Part shown: positions 12,280 to 23,459 of the stretch, piece by piece
Numbering within the stretch: position 1 is the stretch's first letter
Layout: every line of letters begins with the position of its first letter
DNA from: Catajapyx aquilonaris
Taxonomy: Eukaryota
Assembly (NCBI GenBank): GCA_000934665.2
Contig: KZ538749.1
Location: forward strand, 1 to 49,769
Length of the DNA stretch: 49,769 nucleotides
Direction of reading: 5' to 3'
Notes under the pieces: generated by a model
Databases searched by the model: none
What the model saw: the letters and a program-made list of their open reading frames with translations, nothing else
What the model was told of the DNA's origin: nothing
Translations under genes and position numbers: made by a program

Positions 12280-12710
12280 CTAGAGTTCGCAACGCTCTGC
12301 CGGAGTGTCAAGCACAACGAAGGACAGCCCTTTAGGCAAAGCTGGAGTAATTTTGTGAATTAATTCAGAGAGTAAACTTGGTGGAACAATAGCTGGGTGA
12401 AGCATGGCCAAACTGGCCTGTTGGCCTGCAGGAATAAGTAGTCCCAGAGAATGTCTCAACTGGCCCAAAACAGAATGGAGCATTCTAGTGCACTTATGAA
12501 GACCCACATTCGTCAAGGTAGTTGACACAAACTGGTGTGTAAGGTGTTGGAAAACATTATAAATATGAGTTGTCAATTCGGCAAGTTGGTTGGCAACAAG
12601 GTTGAGTGCCTGTGTGTTATTGGCTACTTGTGAATTTAGTTAAGAATGGTTGGTTGTAATTTTTGCGCGTGGACGAGTTTGTTAGTGGTCTGACGTAAGC
12701 CATTCTCGCT
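12280..12710 (-). pseudogene. Envelope fusion glycoprotein fragment (errantivirus env / baculovirus F-like)
   Basis: Heptad-like NKLVHAQK...QVANNTQALNLVANQLAEL followed by LHPAIVPPSLLSELIHKITPALPKGLSF, resembling the 'LHPxIIPPxxLxxxLxxIxxxLPxG' block. Confidence 0.65.
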
Positions 12711-12954
12711 GAAAAACCTTCATTGTAGTCACCAATGCATATTTCTCAAGACACACAAAGCAACGAAACTTCTAGAATTTCCTAAGATGTATTTGAACGA
12801 TTATAAATCAGAATCACAAACTGGCATGTTTGGTCCTTCTGGTGATACTCTTTTTTTTAAAAAAAAATAAAAATCCAAGTGTGCATTTATTACTGAAAGT
12901 ACAATGTTGACAAGCTGGAATAACAGCCACACAAAATTACTGGTACAAAATGTC

Positions 12955-13250
12955 CAGTGGAAGGACTCCAGCGAGTTGTTAGTTCTGCGCTGGAGTACAA
13001 AACACTGAGAATCCCTCTGAGCCCACATTCACCATCCGTTGCTGATGGATGTAGTTCAAAAATGTTGCACTAATTTTCCCTACGCCCACGCTACCCGCAT
13101 GGGATCTTATTGCAGCAAAGGCCTCCTCGATGTGGTCTGCTGGCATGAGAACCACTACTATGGTCATGTTGATGACCCGCTTCACCTCTTCGTTGGTCCT
13201 GGCCGCAGACCCAGATTTGTGACTTTTCTGCAGATGGCCTGATGGGACAT
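12955..13250 (-). pseudogene. MULE (Mutator) transposase fragment
   Basis: HQAICRKVTNLGL...LMPADHIEEAF...FLNYIHQQ...GFSVF then RRTNNSLESFH (RTNNxxEx(F/W)H catalytic-E motif); frameshifted. Confidence 0.8.
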
Positions 13251-13384
13251 AAGTGTCTTGTTAAATGAAGCTCCCCTATCAGTTCGCAGTCATTACAAGC
13301 ACTACCATGGGGGGTCTGATTTTGGGTATAATTGTCTGGAGGAACTGACTCTTCGTATATTTTCTTTGCGTATGTGGTGTAAGG

Positions 13385-13500
13385 TCAGTGACGTGCTGTG
13401 CACCTGGCAGACCAGTGAAGGGCTGGCCTTCCCTCCACGTCCCTCGCGTCCACCTCTTCGTGTCCAGTCGCGTCCAGAAGTGACCGACGGATGTACACGT
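13385..13500 (-). pseudogene. Ankyrin-repeat fragment (divergent, copy 5)
   Basis: SLLDATGHEEVDARDVEGRPALHWSA fits ankyrin consensus LL..GADVNARD..G.TALH.AA. Confidence 0.6.
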
Positions 13501-13549
13501 TGCTGACTTGAAAATTGCTAGCTATACCAGGTCCCATTGATGGCAGGCC

Positions 13550-13700
13550 TGGCACACTTAGGTTTTTCACGACGTGGTTTGCACACTCAATCTTTTCCAC
13601 TTGGAATCCATACGGTACATCCTCTACTCCAGGCACTTCCATATGTAAGGCATAGGCCTCTTGAATTTTATTCAACTCCTCCACCATCTGTGGCATTGAT
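13550..13700 (-). pseudogene. Mutator-like transposase fragment (YqaJ-associated type)
   Basis: VPYGFQVEKIECANHVVKNL matches the PYG..VEKIEC.NH..(K/R)N motif. Confidence 0.7.
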
Positions 13701-14944
13701 CTGCCATAGCAGGGGAATGGCTTTTTTTTTGGCGCGAGTAAGTCTACTGCCTTTATAGATTCCTATGCATGAGGCTCTCCACTTTTACATCACATTGACA
13801 TTACGAGTCATGTAAGATAAATGAGATTAAAGGTCATAATTGCAGTAAATGAAATATTGGGAATGTAATGAGTGTTATTATATGTGTTGTTATGCCATAT
13901 GTGGCATGACAAATATCCACCGGCAACGGTAAAATTTTCAATCGCCTTTGCAAAAGTAGTTTGTCATTAGCTCTGGTACTCGTAACACTCAATAGCATAC
14001 ACTCTTTGCCATTTTACATACATGTCATTGCAGCAAAATATTTTTGTCTGAACTATGAGCAAGCAGTCTGTGGAGTGAGGTCGAACAGTTCATTAACACT
14101 TTGCAATATATAATTCCTTCACTTGAACAATTACTTATGTCACTTGAACACTAAATATGCCGAAATTGCTCTAATATATTTACACATAAGCGAGAGAGAG
14201 ATGGTCACTTGAATATTTAACATGCCGAAATGACTTGATAATATACATACGCAGATAGAGATTACTGTTGCAGTAACGAGCACTATACTAATGGGCACTG
14301 GCACTGTATCGTAACTGTGTTGTCACTAGGCGCACTTGGTACACTACTGGACGGGCTGGATCCGGATACAGTTGGAATGCGCTAGTCCGGGGCACTGCAT
14401 GTATTCACTTCATTCGTAGAATGTACAGAAGTCATCCATGCAACCGAACCTCCCGACTTGGTGGTGACGTATATGGAGATCGCACATTGCCCAGCCTTGT
14501 CCATCGGTGTTTAAATGTTCCAATAGCTCCTGTCGGCAGACGCCTACCAGATTCTGATGCGGTGGTCCCGGATGGGCATCGCTCTCATAGTACACTGGAA
14601 TCCTCTTCCTGTCTGTCTGGATCCCGGCGTCCACCAACACAAATCCTTGGCTTGTTCCAGATGCATGTCGCCAGCCAGCACAAGCACACCACCAACATTA
14701 ACATGATTGTGATCTGCCACATAGTTATAACGTACTATATCTGTCGGGTACACACAAAATACGGTATTAGCAGGACTCGTGGCTCATCACCACGCACTTA
14801 TGCTTTCCATCTAACAGTTTGGTGGTATTCTTATATCATTCGCACAGCGCCTACCTGGGCAGTTGCTATTGTCACCATGTTTTTCATCTGCATAATATAT
14901 CAGTATCGTTTTTTTGAACAGAATCAACAATGCATGAATACATT

Positions 14945-15400
14945 AATGATAATCTTCATCCTCAACCTCTGGTGTAACACACATGCTACTAGGCTTTGGT
15001 AGTAACCCTGTTTCCTAGCATCAATGTACTACATTAGTCCCAAAACAGCATTTAACTTAGCTTCCTTTATTGGCAACTGTTCAGTATAAAGTTCCTGTTG
15101 TGGTGCTGGCACTCTTCGGATGTTAGGTTTAATGATACGAAACATTGTCACGATTGAGGCTTGAAGTGTGTGACTCACTGCTTTACGGCAATGTCATAGA
15201 TGTGTGTAGAATCAAAAGCAATGAACTTGTACTTAGTTACATGAACCTCCTCCTCAAATCGCTGATTGCTTCTGCATCATCTGCCATGTTGCGCGAGTGG
15301 CGCCCCTCACGGACTTCACAAGAAAGTCGACAGTAATGATATGACAAAGGTCCGAAGTCCTCCTTTGACAACTCATGAGATATTTCAACATTTTTTTTCA
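14945..15400 (-). pseudogene. Sola-type transposase C-terminal fragment
   Basis: QELYTEQLPIKEAKLNAVLGLM*YIDARKQGYYQSL followed by an acidic tail, resembling 'Y...PI...K..D...L..YI.....FY..L'. Confidence 0.55.
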
Positions 15401-15690
15401 ACACATCGTGCGTGTCACTCAGCTAGGGAACTGCTCGGACGGTTCCTAGCTGATTTCGCTGGTAGAGACTGGAAATGTGTGTCCATGACACCATATCGCC
15501 ATTGATCACGTAGTCGTGAACAAGGAGGTTGTTCCGGATAGATAGATGGATAGATGTTTATTATCCCTGAGCACCTTACAGTATATACAGGGAGACTTCC
15601 CTTACATGCATTTTACTTTGCACCACCATATTCTGTAGTTTTCATACAGTAGTTTACTGCTGTTTGCAGTTCAATGTTACAGAACTTAAT

Positions 15691-15837
15691 GTATCAACAG
15701 TGCAAAAATAACTGTCCCAGTCATCCTGACGTGTGGGCTGGCCGCTCGACACACACCATGTAAGTTACATGGTGTGTGTCGAGCGGGCAGCACACACATC
15801 AGGATGACTGGGACAATTCTTTTTGAACTGATGATAC
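15691..15837. repeat. 147-bp palindrome (73-bp arms, 1-nt loop), probable MITE remnant
   Basis: GTATCAACAGTGCAAAAATAACTGTCCCAGTCATCCTGA...CACACCATGTAA-G-TTACATGGTGTG...TCAGGATGACTGGGACAATTCTTTTTGAACTGATGATAC. Confidence 0.85.
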
Positions 15838-16114
15838 CCCACTGCGATTGCGAAAAACGAATACATGTGATGTATTGCCTGTATCGGCATAGAGGCAAAC
15901 AGTGTGTGTGTCTTATTCGGTGGGAGTTCAGGAATACCTGCAAGAACATTTTTACGGATAGTAGAAAAAAACGTACAAATCGCAAATTAAATGATACAAG
16001 GTCCAGCTATCTCTGTTGTTGCATAGTGTACAACCAGAGTCCAGTGGGAATCGGAATTTGTCATTCTTAACATACAATGAGAAAGATAAGTGTCTGAAGT
16101 TACATACTAATCGG

Positions 16115-16330
16115 ACAAGCTGTAGTGGCATCGTAGAGAGCAATGATCTTCCTGCCGTCGAGGAGAAAATGGGGGTTCTCCATCGACACCCCCTTCTTAT
16201 TCTGGAACACTGCCCGGTTGGTCGGAGCCTGGTCACACACCACCGCCCGAACTACCAAACCAGTTTCATGCAGCTTCGGCTGCACTTGGTCAAGCAGCTG
16301 TATGAGTGCGACCTGTTCGCATGGATTGGA
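16115..16330 (-). pseudogene. P element/THAP9 transposase RNase H fragment
   Basis: KLHETGLVVRAVVCDQAPTNRAVF...GVSMENPHFLLDGRKIIALYD (catalytic D in VCDQ; ends just before the D(P)PH motif). Confidence 0.85.
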
Positions 16331-16459
16331 ATTTGTGCTGGAGGAAGTGTTTGGGTTGAATTACCTTCAGTGGATTAACCAAGCCAAAAAAAAAACTTAA
16401 CATAGGGAGTTAGAGAGAGCCTTAATTTCTCCATCATTGCGCCTTGTGTTTGTCCTGAT

Positions 16460-16730
16460 ATAATCTATGGAATGAATGGTCTTATCTCCCTTCACATGAG
16501 CTGCTAGAAACACCCAATGGTTACCATTTTACACGTAGGCAACAGCAGAAGTTCAATGTTTTCTGGTTTCCTGACACCTAATAATCTTTTAAAGGTCGTA
16601 CTGCATGGTCTTTTAAGGTACTTGTGTAAGTGAATTCCAGTCGTTTCAAAAAGGCTTCTATTATTATGCAGTCATAGAGCCATTCTACTGTATAATCAGC
16701 ATCTTTGGATTTGACAGGAGCAAATTCATT
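16460..16730 (-). pseudogene. Ulp1/SENP-like (C48) cysteine protease fragment
   Basis: EWLYDCIIIEAFLKRL ... IELLLLPTC (frameshift) GNHWVFLAAHVKGDKTIHSIDY; WLxD and HW motifs of Ulp1 proteases. Confidence 0.6.
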
Positions 16731-18049
16731 TTTTATGTAAGGAGTGCTCAAATGCTAGACACATATCGGTATGCCAAGGACAGTAATTGCTTTCTGATTA
16801 AGGAAAACAGCATCACACATTTATTGGAGTGAAATATTGTACTTCAGGAATGCTCCATTATCATTTGCACTTTCCAGTAACATTTGTGATATTTTTTCAG
16901 TCTCATTCTCTGGCGGCTTGATGAAAGGGCGAATTGCAGTGTACTTTTTAAAGGTCCGGTATATTCCAGCAGTGGAAGATTGCCGTTTCAGCTCCTTCCT
17001 TCCATGAAACTTAGACTTCTGACTTCAAGTGAGGCGCAGAGGAGAGAAATACTTGTTCACATTGTTTGTCAACAGCCTGAAGGCCAAAAAGTAATTCGTT
17101 AATTTTGCTCTCCGCGCGTGCTATACCACTTTTGAATGTGGGGCTTTCTAAGAATGCCTGAAATTTTCGCAAAGGCTGAATCGAGTGAGGATAGTCTAGA
17201 CTCTACATTAGGAGGCACTGCTGGAGCATTACTAAAGGACTCTGGAACAGATATGGGCACATTTTGTTCAGTATTTGTCGGTCTACTACTGTCAATGCTC
17301 AATTATCACAAAATCGCCATATTTCAATGAAGTCAGTATATTGTTACCACTGTGTTTGACTCTTCCTCCTGCCCATCAGATTCGTCATCCAAAAAGTCTT
17401 CAGCTTCCAGATCAGATGCATACACTCCTTCCACACTTCCTGAACTGTCACTCGACCTGGAACTGGCTTGCTTCTTTCATACCTTCTTCGGTCGCTACTT
17501 GATCTGTTTTAACTCTTCCTCCGATATGCTTTTTCTGTTGAATCTGTTTCCAGACCCGGTTGCCTTATCATGTGCTTCCTTCAACTGATTAAGAAAAGCA
17601 TCCGCAACGGCAGCTTTCGTCTCTTCGGTCTGGAACGCTGTATGACGAAATCCGTCTTTGTATAACCCTCGTCCACAAAGAGTACAGAGTATTGGTTGAT
17701 CCAGTTGGTGTACCTTATCCACTACAGCCCTGTGCCACTTCATGTGGTTATCATCACATGCAGCGATGAGCTGTTTCGAGGGAAGGAAGGAAAATATCAA
17801 TCATTGTACCTATCTATCTACCTACCTGCTATTGATATTATTTTCTGTAAACCAAGTGGAACTTCTACGAGGACCCCATGTCCTGAAACCCACGTCTCTA
17901 CCATGAAAGGTTTGTCATTAAACACCCACATCTCTTTCATTGTTTATTTATTTCCCTCTCATCAGAATACTACACATTTCGCACTTATGTTACTCCCCGT
18001 GTTGTTTAGTCTGCTTCTTCCAACATCTTCGTTTCTTCCTCCTCCTCCG

Positions 18050-18135
18050 ATGACCAACCGATGTACATGATTGTTTTCAGGTGGGCTATCAAACATATGA
18101 TGGTACAATTCAGGAAAAACATTTTTCCTGCATGT
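18050..18135 (-). pseudogene. P/THAP9 transposase C-terminal fragment
   Basis: NVFPELYHHMFDSPPENNHVHRLVI resembles the THAP9-like C-terminal 'F.EL..HMFD.....NH...LI' motif. Confidence 0.55.
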
Positions 18136-18329
18136 ATCATTCGAACCAGCAGTACATATTGCAGGTACTATTCCCGACGTATGCACAGAAAGTTGGCATT
18201 GTTGTGTGAGCAAGAGTAGGCTAATAATATACGTACATTATCATTATCGCACTAACATTGCTAAGCACGCCGTTTGACTAGCATCAGCTCTTCTTTGTAC
18301 TCGTCCCTTCTCGCTCGACCTCTATGCGC

Positions 18330-18743
18330 GAGGCCAAAAGACATACCTGTTGCCTTCCTCACTCTCCCGGAGCGGTCCGGTGAAGTCGATGGCTATCCGC
18401 CGAAATGTCCGTCGGGGAACCTCCACTGGTACTGTACCATGAGTCCCGGCGGCTTTCCAGCAGGTCCCTTCCGGCGCTCGCATCACGCCCCAGAAACATC
18501 ATCGTCCCAGAAACATCATCGTACCGCCGCAAGACCCCACCTCCGCGTCAACACGAGGCCAGCACACACCCAGACAAACACCGCAAGCCACCGCCCACTT
18601 CTGACACCAGTGAAGCGTTGGTTGAATCCGGTGGCAATAAGCTACACGACCTTCTGGTTTATCTGTCAGCCGGCAACCGCCGCCTTGTCTCCTTTATTTC
18701 TCTCTCTCTCCCGTCCCGCCAGGTGGCAGTAGCTACCGCTACA
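18330..18743 (-). mobile_element. Internally deleted Ty3/Gypsy element: 133-bp 5' LTR, tRNA-Leu PBS, integrase fragment
   Basis: LTR TGTAGCG...CGCTTCA (18743-18611); PBS TGGTGTCAGAAGTGGG (18609-18594), complementary to the tRNA-Leu 3' end; then CERRKGPAGKPPGLM / FRRIAIDFTGPLRESEEGNRYV. Confidence 0.8.
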
Positions 18744-19229
18744 ATGTGCAATGCAATATGGCGAACTGTGAATAAAAGTGGAAATGTGCGCATGTGCGGA
18801 GATGTCACAAAACTGAGTGCGAAGCACGGATGGGAAATGGTTGAGAGTACATCTCTATCATTTTGCCGTATTCACTTCAAGTGGGGACATGGAAATGAAA
18901 TATTACTTGAAATGTAGTGAAACCATTTATATTTAGGTTAGTCATCAAAAGATCACACTTCACTTTGCCATCATAACATTACATCATGGCATTTCCTCAT
19001 ATATTACAGCACATTCATGTTACCCGCCTATATGTTACCCATATATAGTGTATATTGCAAAAGTAACTCATTATTAACATCAAAGTTCATTGTGGCTTAG
19101 CATTAGGAGGATGTCATTGACCACTGAACGAGTGTAACTAGGTGGTATCACGTAGGAGCAACAAATGTGACGTTCGCTCCTACTCAGCGGTTTCCAGAGA
19201 ACAATGACTATGGTGTATCAGCATGCCCA

Positions 19230-19697
19230 TGTAAGGCAATCCTTCCGGGGCGTTGGCCAGAGGGGATTGACCAAGAAGAGGGAGGAGAATGACGAAGAAC
19301 TGGAGAAACAGAGGGCATAAAAGGGACAACTGGAGTGACCAAGGGCAGTCTAGTCATGGGGCAGAAGTGAGAAAGAGGTGCTGAAGTGAAGTGCCTGGAA
19401 GGAAGGAAGGAAGGAAGGATAGTCCACTGGTGACCGCTGACGGAGGAGGACCCAAGATAGTAGAGTATCGTTTCATTTGTGTGTGTACTAGGGACCGTGG
19501 TGACCATCCTCTAGGCAAGTTATTGTAACATCAATTTTGGACACAACCATTGTAAAACCAACCCGTATATTAAAACCAAGTGATTGTTATTCATTGAAGT
19601 CGATCCACTTTATTTTGTATTAAAAGAACCCAGATCATTCCGCATGGAATGGGAGGGTTAACCTTGCCAACATCTAGTTGACCAGGGAATGATAACA
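19230..19697 (+). mobile_element. Possible solo LTR
   Basis: TGTAAG...GATAACA ends, TATA-like GCATAAAAGGG, ATTAAA signals; no TSD found. Confidence 0.35.
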
Positions 19698-19864
19698 TTC
19701 AAACACAGCTCATGACAATTCTCTACAGTCTACAGCTTATCTTAACACATCATGAATTCAATGTCAATAGATTGCCTGCCATGGCCCATTTGCACATCTA
19801 CATTGCTAGTAATTCTAGTACCTCAGTGCTCAGACTACGACTCTTCTTTGGAGGTAATTTTCTT

Positions 19865-20015
19865 ATTGATGAAAACAGCCTGATATGTTTCACACCTCTC
19901 ATGTCATCGCTTGTCAGCCGATGATGAACTGCCGAAGCAATTTCTTTCGGTCATTTCATATGCTCGTCCTCGGTCAAGCAGTAGAGGAAGACGTTGTCTT
20001 TACCCAACCTCTTAT
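19865..20015 (-). pseudogene. Sola transposase fragment
   Basis: LGKDNVFLYCLTEDEHMK*PKEIASAVHHRLTSDDMRGVKHIRLFS, resembling 'Y.W.E....KG.NEIAS.......LFSD'. Confidence 0.7.
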
Positions 20016-20044
20016 CTGCTTCCATTCGTGGACACGAAGCCAAA

Positions 20045-20125
20045 TTTCTTCCTGACTGAGGCATAAAGTACTTTACGAGTTTTTTTCGCCAATAATAGCT
20101 CCCAACTCCATGAAGGTGCGTCTGC
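20045..20125 (-). pseudogene. Mutator-like transposase fragment
   Basis: LGAIIGEK(fs)TRKVLYASVRKKF resembles 'AIIG..TGKVL..GVRNKYC'. Confidence 0.5.
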
Positions 20126-21139
20126 TGTTAACTTGGCCTTAATACTGTCGAGGACCAGAGAGCCATCATATTTCAGCAAAAATTCCTTTCGGGTGTTTTT
20201 CTTGGGGTGGCACTACGTCTTGCATTCTCCTACACTCCAAGCACGTCTGATACAAGAAATAATTAGTTTAAGAGTATGGCGTAACACAAGCAAAACTGTA
20301 AAAGGCGAATGCAGCAGTGTTCGAAATTGGGATACAAGCATAATCTAAATTCAACTCACAGTTTCGTGCTTAAAGTTGCGCAGCCTTTCACAAAACTCCC
20401 ACAGATGTGCTTCGAGGCTGCAGGGATCTGAAACTAAGGCAGTTGCTTTCTGAGTACATGCTTCTAATGAGGCCACCCCAGATGCTGCATCGCTCTGACG
20501 TGAAGTGAATGACTTCCTTGGCTAGCATTTTGTCCAAGTTAATTCCCTGGGCAACCTGCTGCAGAACAAAAATAAAATTCCATATACGGTAATTATTGTA
20601 TTCTCATGGCAATTTTATAATTTGAAAACTCGCAGTAATTTTCCCGAAGCACATTTTCCTGTCGTGGCACATCTCTTCCAACCACTCCTCCAATAACAGC
20701 CGGACCTCCCAATCTTCCCAATAGATTGGGGGAGCCCTGGGGCGGCTGTGTGTGTTCTTCGGGCCCATCTTGAATCTTATGTCCCTAAGTCGGCTGCAGT
20801 CTGACCCTGACGCTACCTCCTCGACTTCTTCCGGCCTGCGCCCCCTTTCCCCCTCTCCCGTCCCAACCTCCCCTCCTCTCTGAAACCTTGTTGCGCATGC
20901 GCTGGGATCAGGGCCTGGTCCCTGGTGCCGGGGCTGTTGTCACCCACTTCCCCAAAGTGGGTCACTTTCAGCCCACTTTGTGGGGTTTGTCGGGGCCGCG
21001 GCTCTGTCGTCTGACCCCACTAGCCCCGACCGGCCCTGGGTTTGCCGGGGCCTTGCCGGAGCTGCCCCCTGCAAACTGGTCCCGTCTGGACGACCCCACA
21101 CTCATCTCCGCCTTCCTCAGCCTCACCATTCATACATCT

Positions 21140-21356
21140 TGGCACGCATTAAGTTTTTGTTGATCTGGGCAGCTCCTTCGACCAGAAAAGCAAGACATCG
21201 TTTCCGGAACATCTCAAGTTCTTCTGGTGAAACATAGATTTGTTCAGCAGAAAAAAATGCACCCAATATACCACCCAAACACAACTTGTCCAGAGGCACA
21301 TAGTTCGCAGGATCGCGAAACTGAATATTCTCCACTGGTGTCACTGCTGGGTACAA
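21140..21356 (-). pseudogene. hAT transposase fragment (ZNF862-like)
   Basis: TPVENIQFRDPANYVPLDKLCLGG...FRKRCLAFLVEGAAQINK; homologous to the hAT piece at 40180-40540. Confidence 0.7.
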
Positions 21357-21371
21357 CCTATTTCTCCAATT

Positions 21372-22630
21372 GAGGACCTGATTGTAAAAAGGGCAGTTGT
21401 CAGTTACAGCATATTTTTCAGGAGGAACATTTCAGTCTCTATCTCAACACAATGCCCACATGTTCATATCCCTATTTATACCTTCTATGGAGATGTAAAG
21501 GATAGCGCTAAAATGGATCTGAAGCACACATCCATGCGCATAGTACTCAAGGAAAGCCTGAAATGACAACTGCCCTTTTTGCTGGAAGAGCATGACAACT
21601 GCCCTTTTTGCCACAAAAGGAGCGCCAGATTTATCCTGAGAGACGAACTTTATTATTTTCGTTTTTACATGTCGCCCATTCCACTACTGTTATCGTCATT
21701 ATCTCTTGGTTTGTCCTCTTCGTTGTCGCCTTGGCTCATGAGAGAGTGATTAAATGCAGCATTTCCTGGATCCCTCAGGTACTGTAGCAGTTTAATGGCG
21801 TCTGCCTCCCTCTCTTTGATGGAGGATACCTGTTGACCATGGAGCTCTCGTGGAATCCTCTCGGTGTTGCGAAAGCGTACATCCATCTAAGGTCTATGGT
21901 ATGATCCTCTGACGGAGAGCACACCTTCGTTGGCAGCAGACACGGTGATCATTCGGGCCTCCTGAAGGCTGAATGTAGGTTGGGTCTTTCGGAGGAAATA
22001 GGGACGCATAAAGTTTTTGAAATCATTGATGTCAGGTTTCACCAGATTTAATGGCGAGGGATTCTTCGTAATGAGCTCTTGTGTGAGGATGAGTGTGTCT
22101 CTTTGGTGTAAATAATTCAGCGTGGTCCACTCCATTGATGTGATGCGGGCAAGTGCATCCCCTTCTTTCCAATATTTTTTTTTCCTCTGTCTCAAGTATG
22201 GGATGTATTGGTTGGTTGGGGGTGTCAATACGAATATGTGCTCAAATAATAACCTGATCCCAGTCGTCTGGAATGTCTGCCATGGATCTGTCTTTCTTCG
22301 CTCCAGTCAAGTGAAAATCTGAATCGTTGGGGAGATAATTGTGGCCTCAAATTGGGAACACATGAGTCACATTTGGCACAATCTTACAGTTGTGGACTAC
22401 GAAATACCTGAACATCATGACAACAGTGTTTTTGTTTTGTCCCGGACAGCCATCACGAAAGATGTAGAGATTCTCCACACCTGAGTAATTTCTTTGAAGG
22501 AGTTCCATGTGAAGCATTGAAACGACCTATTTCCTCCTCTTTGTATTCCATGATTGTGAAACTCTCAGGTGAAACCCTTACGGGTGTCGCAATAATGGAA
22601 TACAAAAGGTTTTCCCATGACATGGTAACA
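21372..22630 (-). mobile_element. Sola element 3' half with decayed transposase and right terminus
   Basis: LYIFRDGCPGQNKNTVV and VTHVFPI*GHNYLPNDSDF are diagnostic Sola motifs; C-terminus at 21665; three copies of TGACAACTGCCCTTTTT (one inverted) and an AATT|GAG end at 21368-21374. Confidence 0.8.
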
Positions 22631-22999
22631 GCGACTAATTAATGCAGTTTGGTTTAGCGGTACGATGCTAGTTCCTAACCCGGACACACAAGAGTCAGAC
22701 AATTTGTCACTTTTAATGAGGTAATCCCTGATATTCTTAATGGTGTCATGCATGTTTAAATGCAACATATTGTTAATGTTTCCAACAATTCCAATTTTGC
22801 CACTTGATGTTACATAACTACCATGTTCAATTATTACAAGTGGATAACGGTCTTATTTTACCTGGGTTTTTGGAACATTTTGCATTTCTGATAATTATTT
22901 ACGATTGATATATTGATAAATATTAATGAATCCTAACCTAACAAATTGACCTCCAGGAATGTTAACAACTTTTCCTTTTAAACACACCTGGGAGTCTGT

Positions 23000-23455
23000 A
23001 GTAAGGTACGAGCATCTTTGGGAAATCCCTAGGAAGCCATCACCGTTCTCCATCACTAACCACTATCTACTCACTATGAATCCGGTAATGTTTGGGCACC
23101 GTTCTCCATCACTAATCACACTGTTCTGTTAAGTACACAGGAGATGGGACGGGAGGTGACGGAATGGCCGTGCTGCTGGTCTGGCTCTAACTTCGACTGT
23201 TTAATCAACTTTTATTAACTTCTACAATATCCTCCCCCCCCNCCCCCCCCCCCCCCCCTTTTGTATGTTACAAGTCCAATTGCTTTGTGGGTCGTACTTC
23301 CCTGCCAGATCGGGTCCTATTAGCAGCTGTTCCCTGCTTGCCCCCAGCAGCCCTCTGTGATGGTGGACCGGTCGCTGTGGGCGGTTGTTCTGTCTCCCAG
23401 TCTCTTTCTTCTTCGTCCGCGCCCATCTGGGGACTCTCCGTCTGGTCTGGTGTAC
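23000..23455 (-). mobile_element. LTR retrotransposon 3' end (pol tail, PPT, start of 3' LTR)
   Basis: RRVPRWART-like pol tail; polypurine tract AAAAG(n)AGGA at about 23231-23262; TGTAG LTR start at 23226. Confidence 0.5.
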
Positions 23456-23459
23456 TGCG

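Noticed and set aside
14421..15002. 193-aa plus-strand ORF
   Set aside because: No recognisable motifs; overlaps the minus-strand Sola tail; likely chance.
15537..15690. LINE/SINE 3' end with AATAAA and (ATCT)n tail on minus
   Set aside because: Plausible but too short to assign; no TSD or coding part seen.
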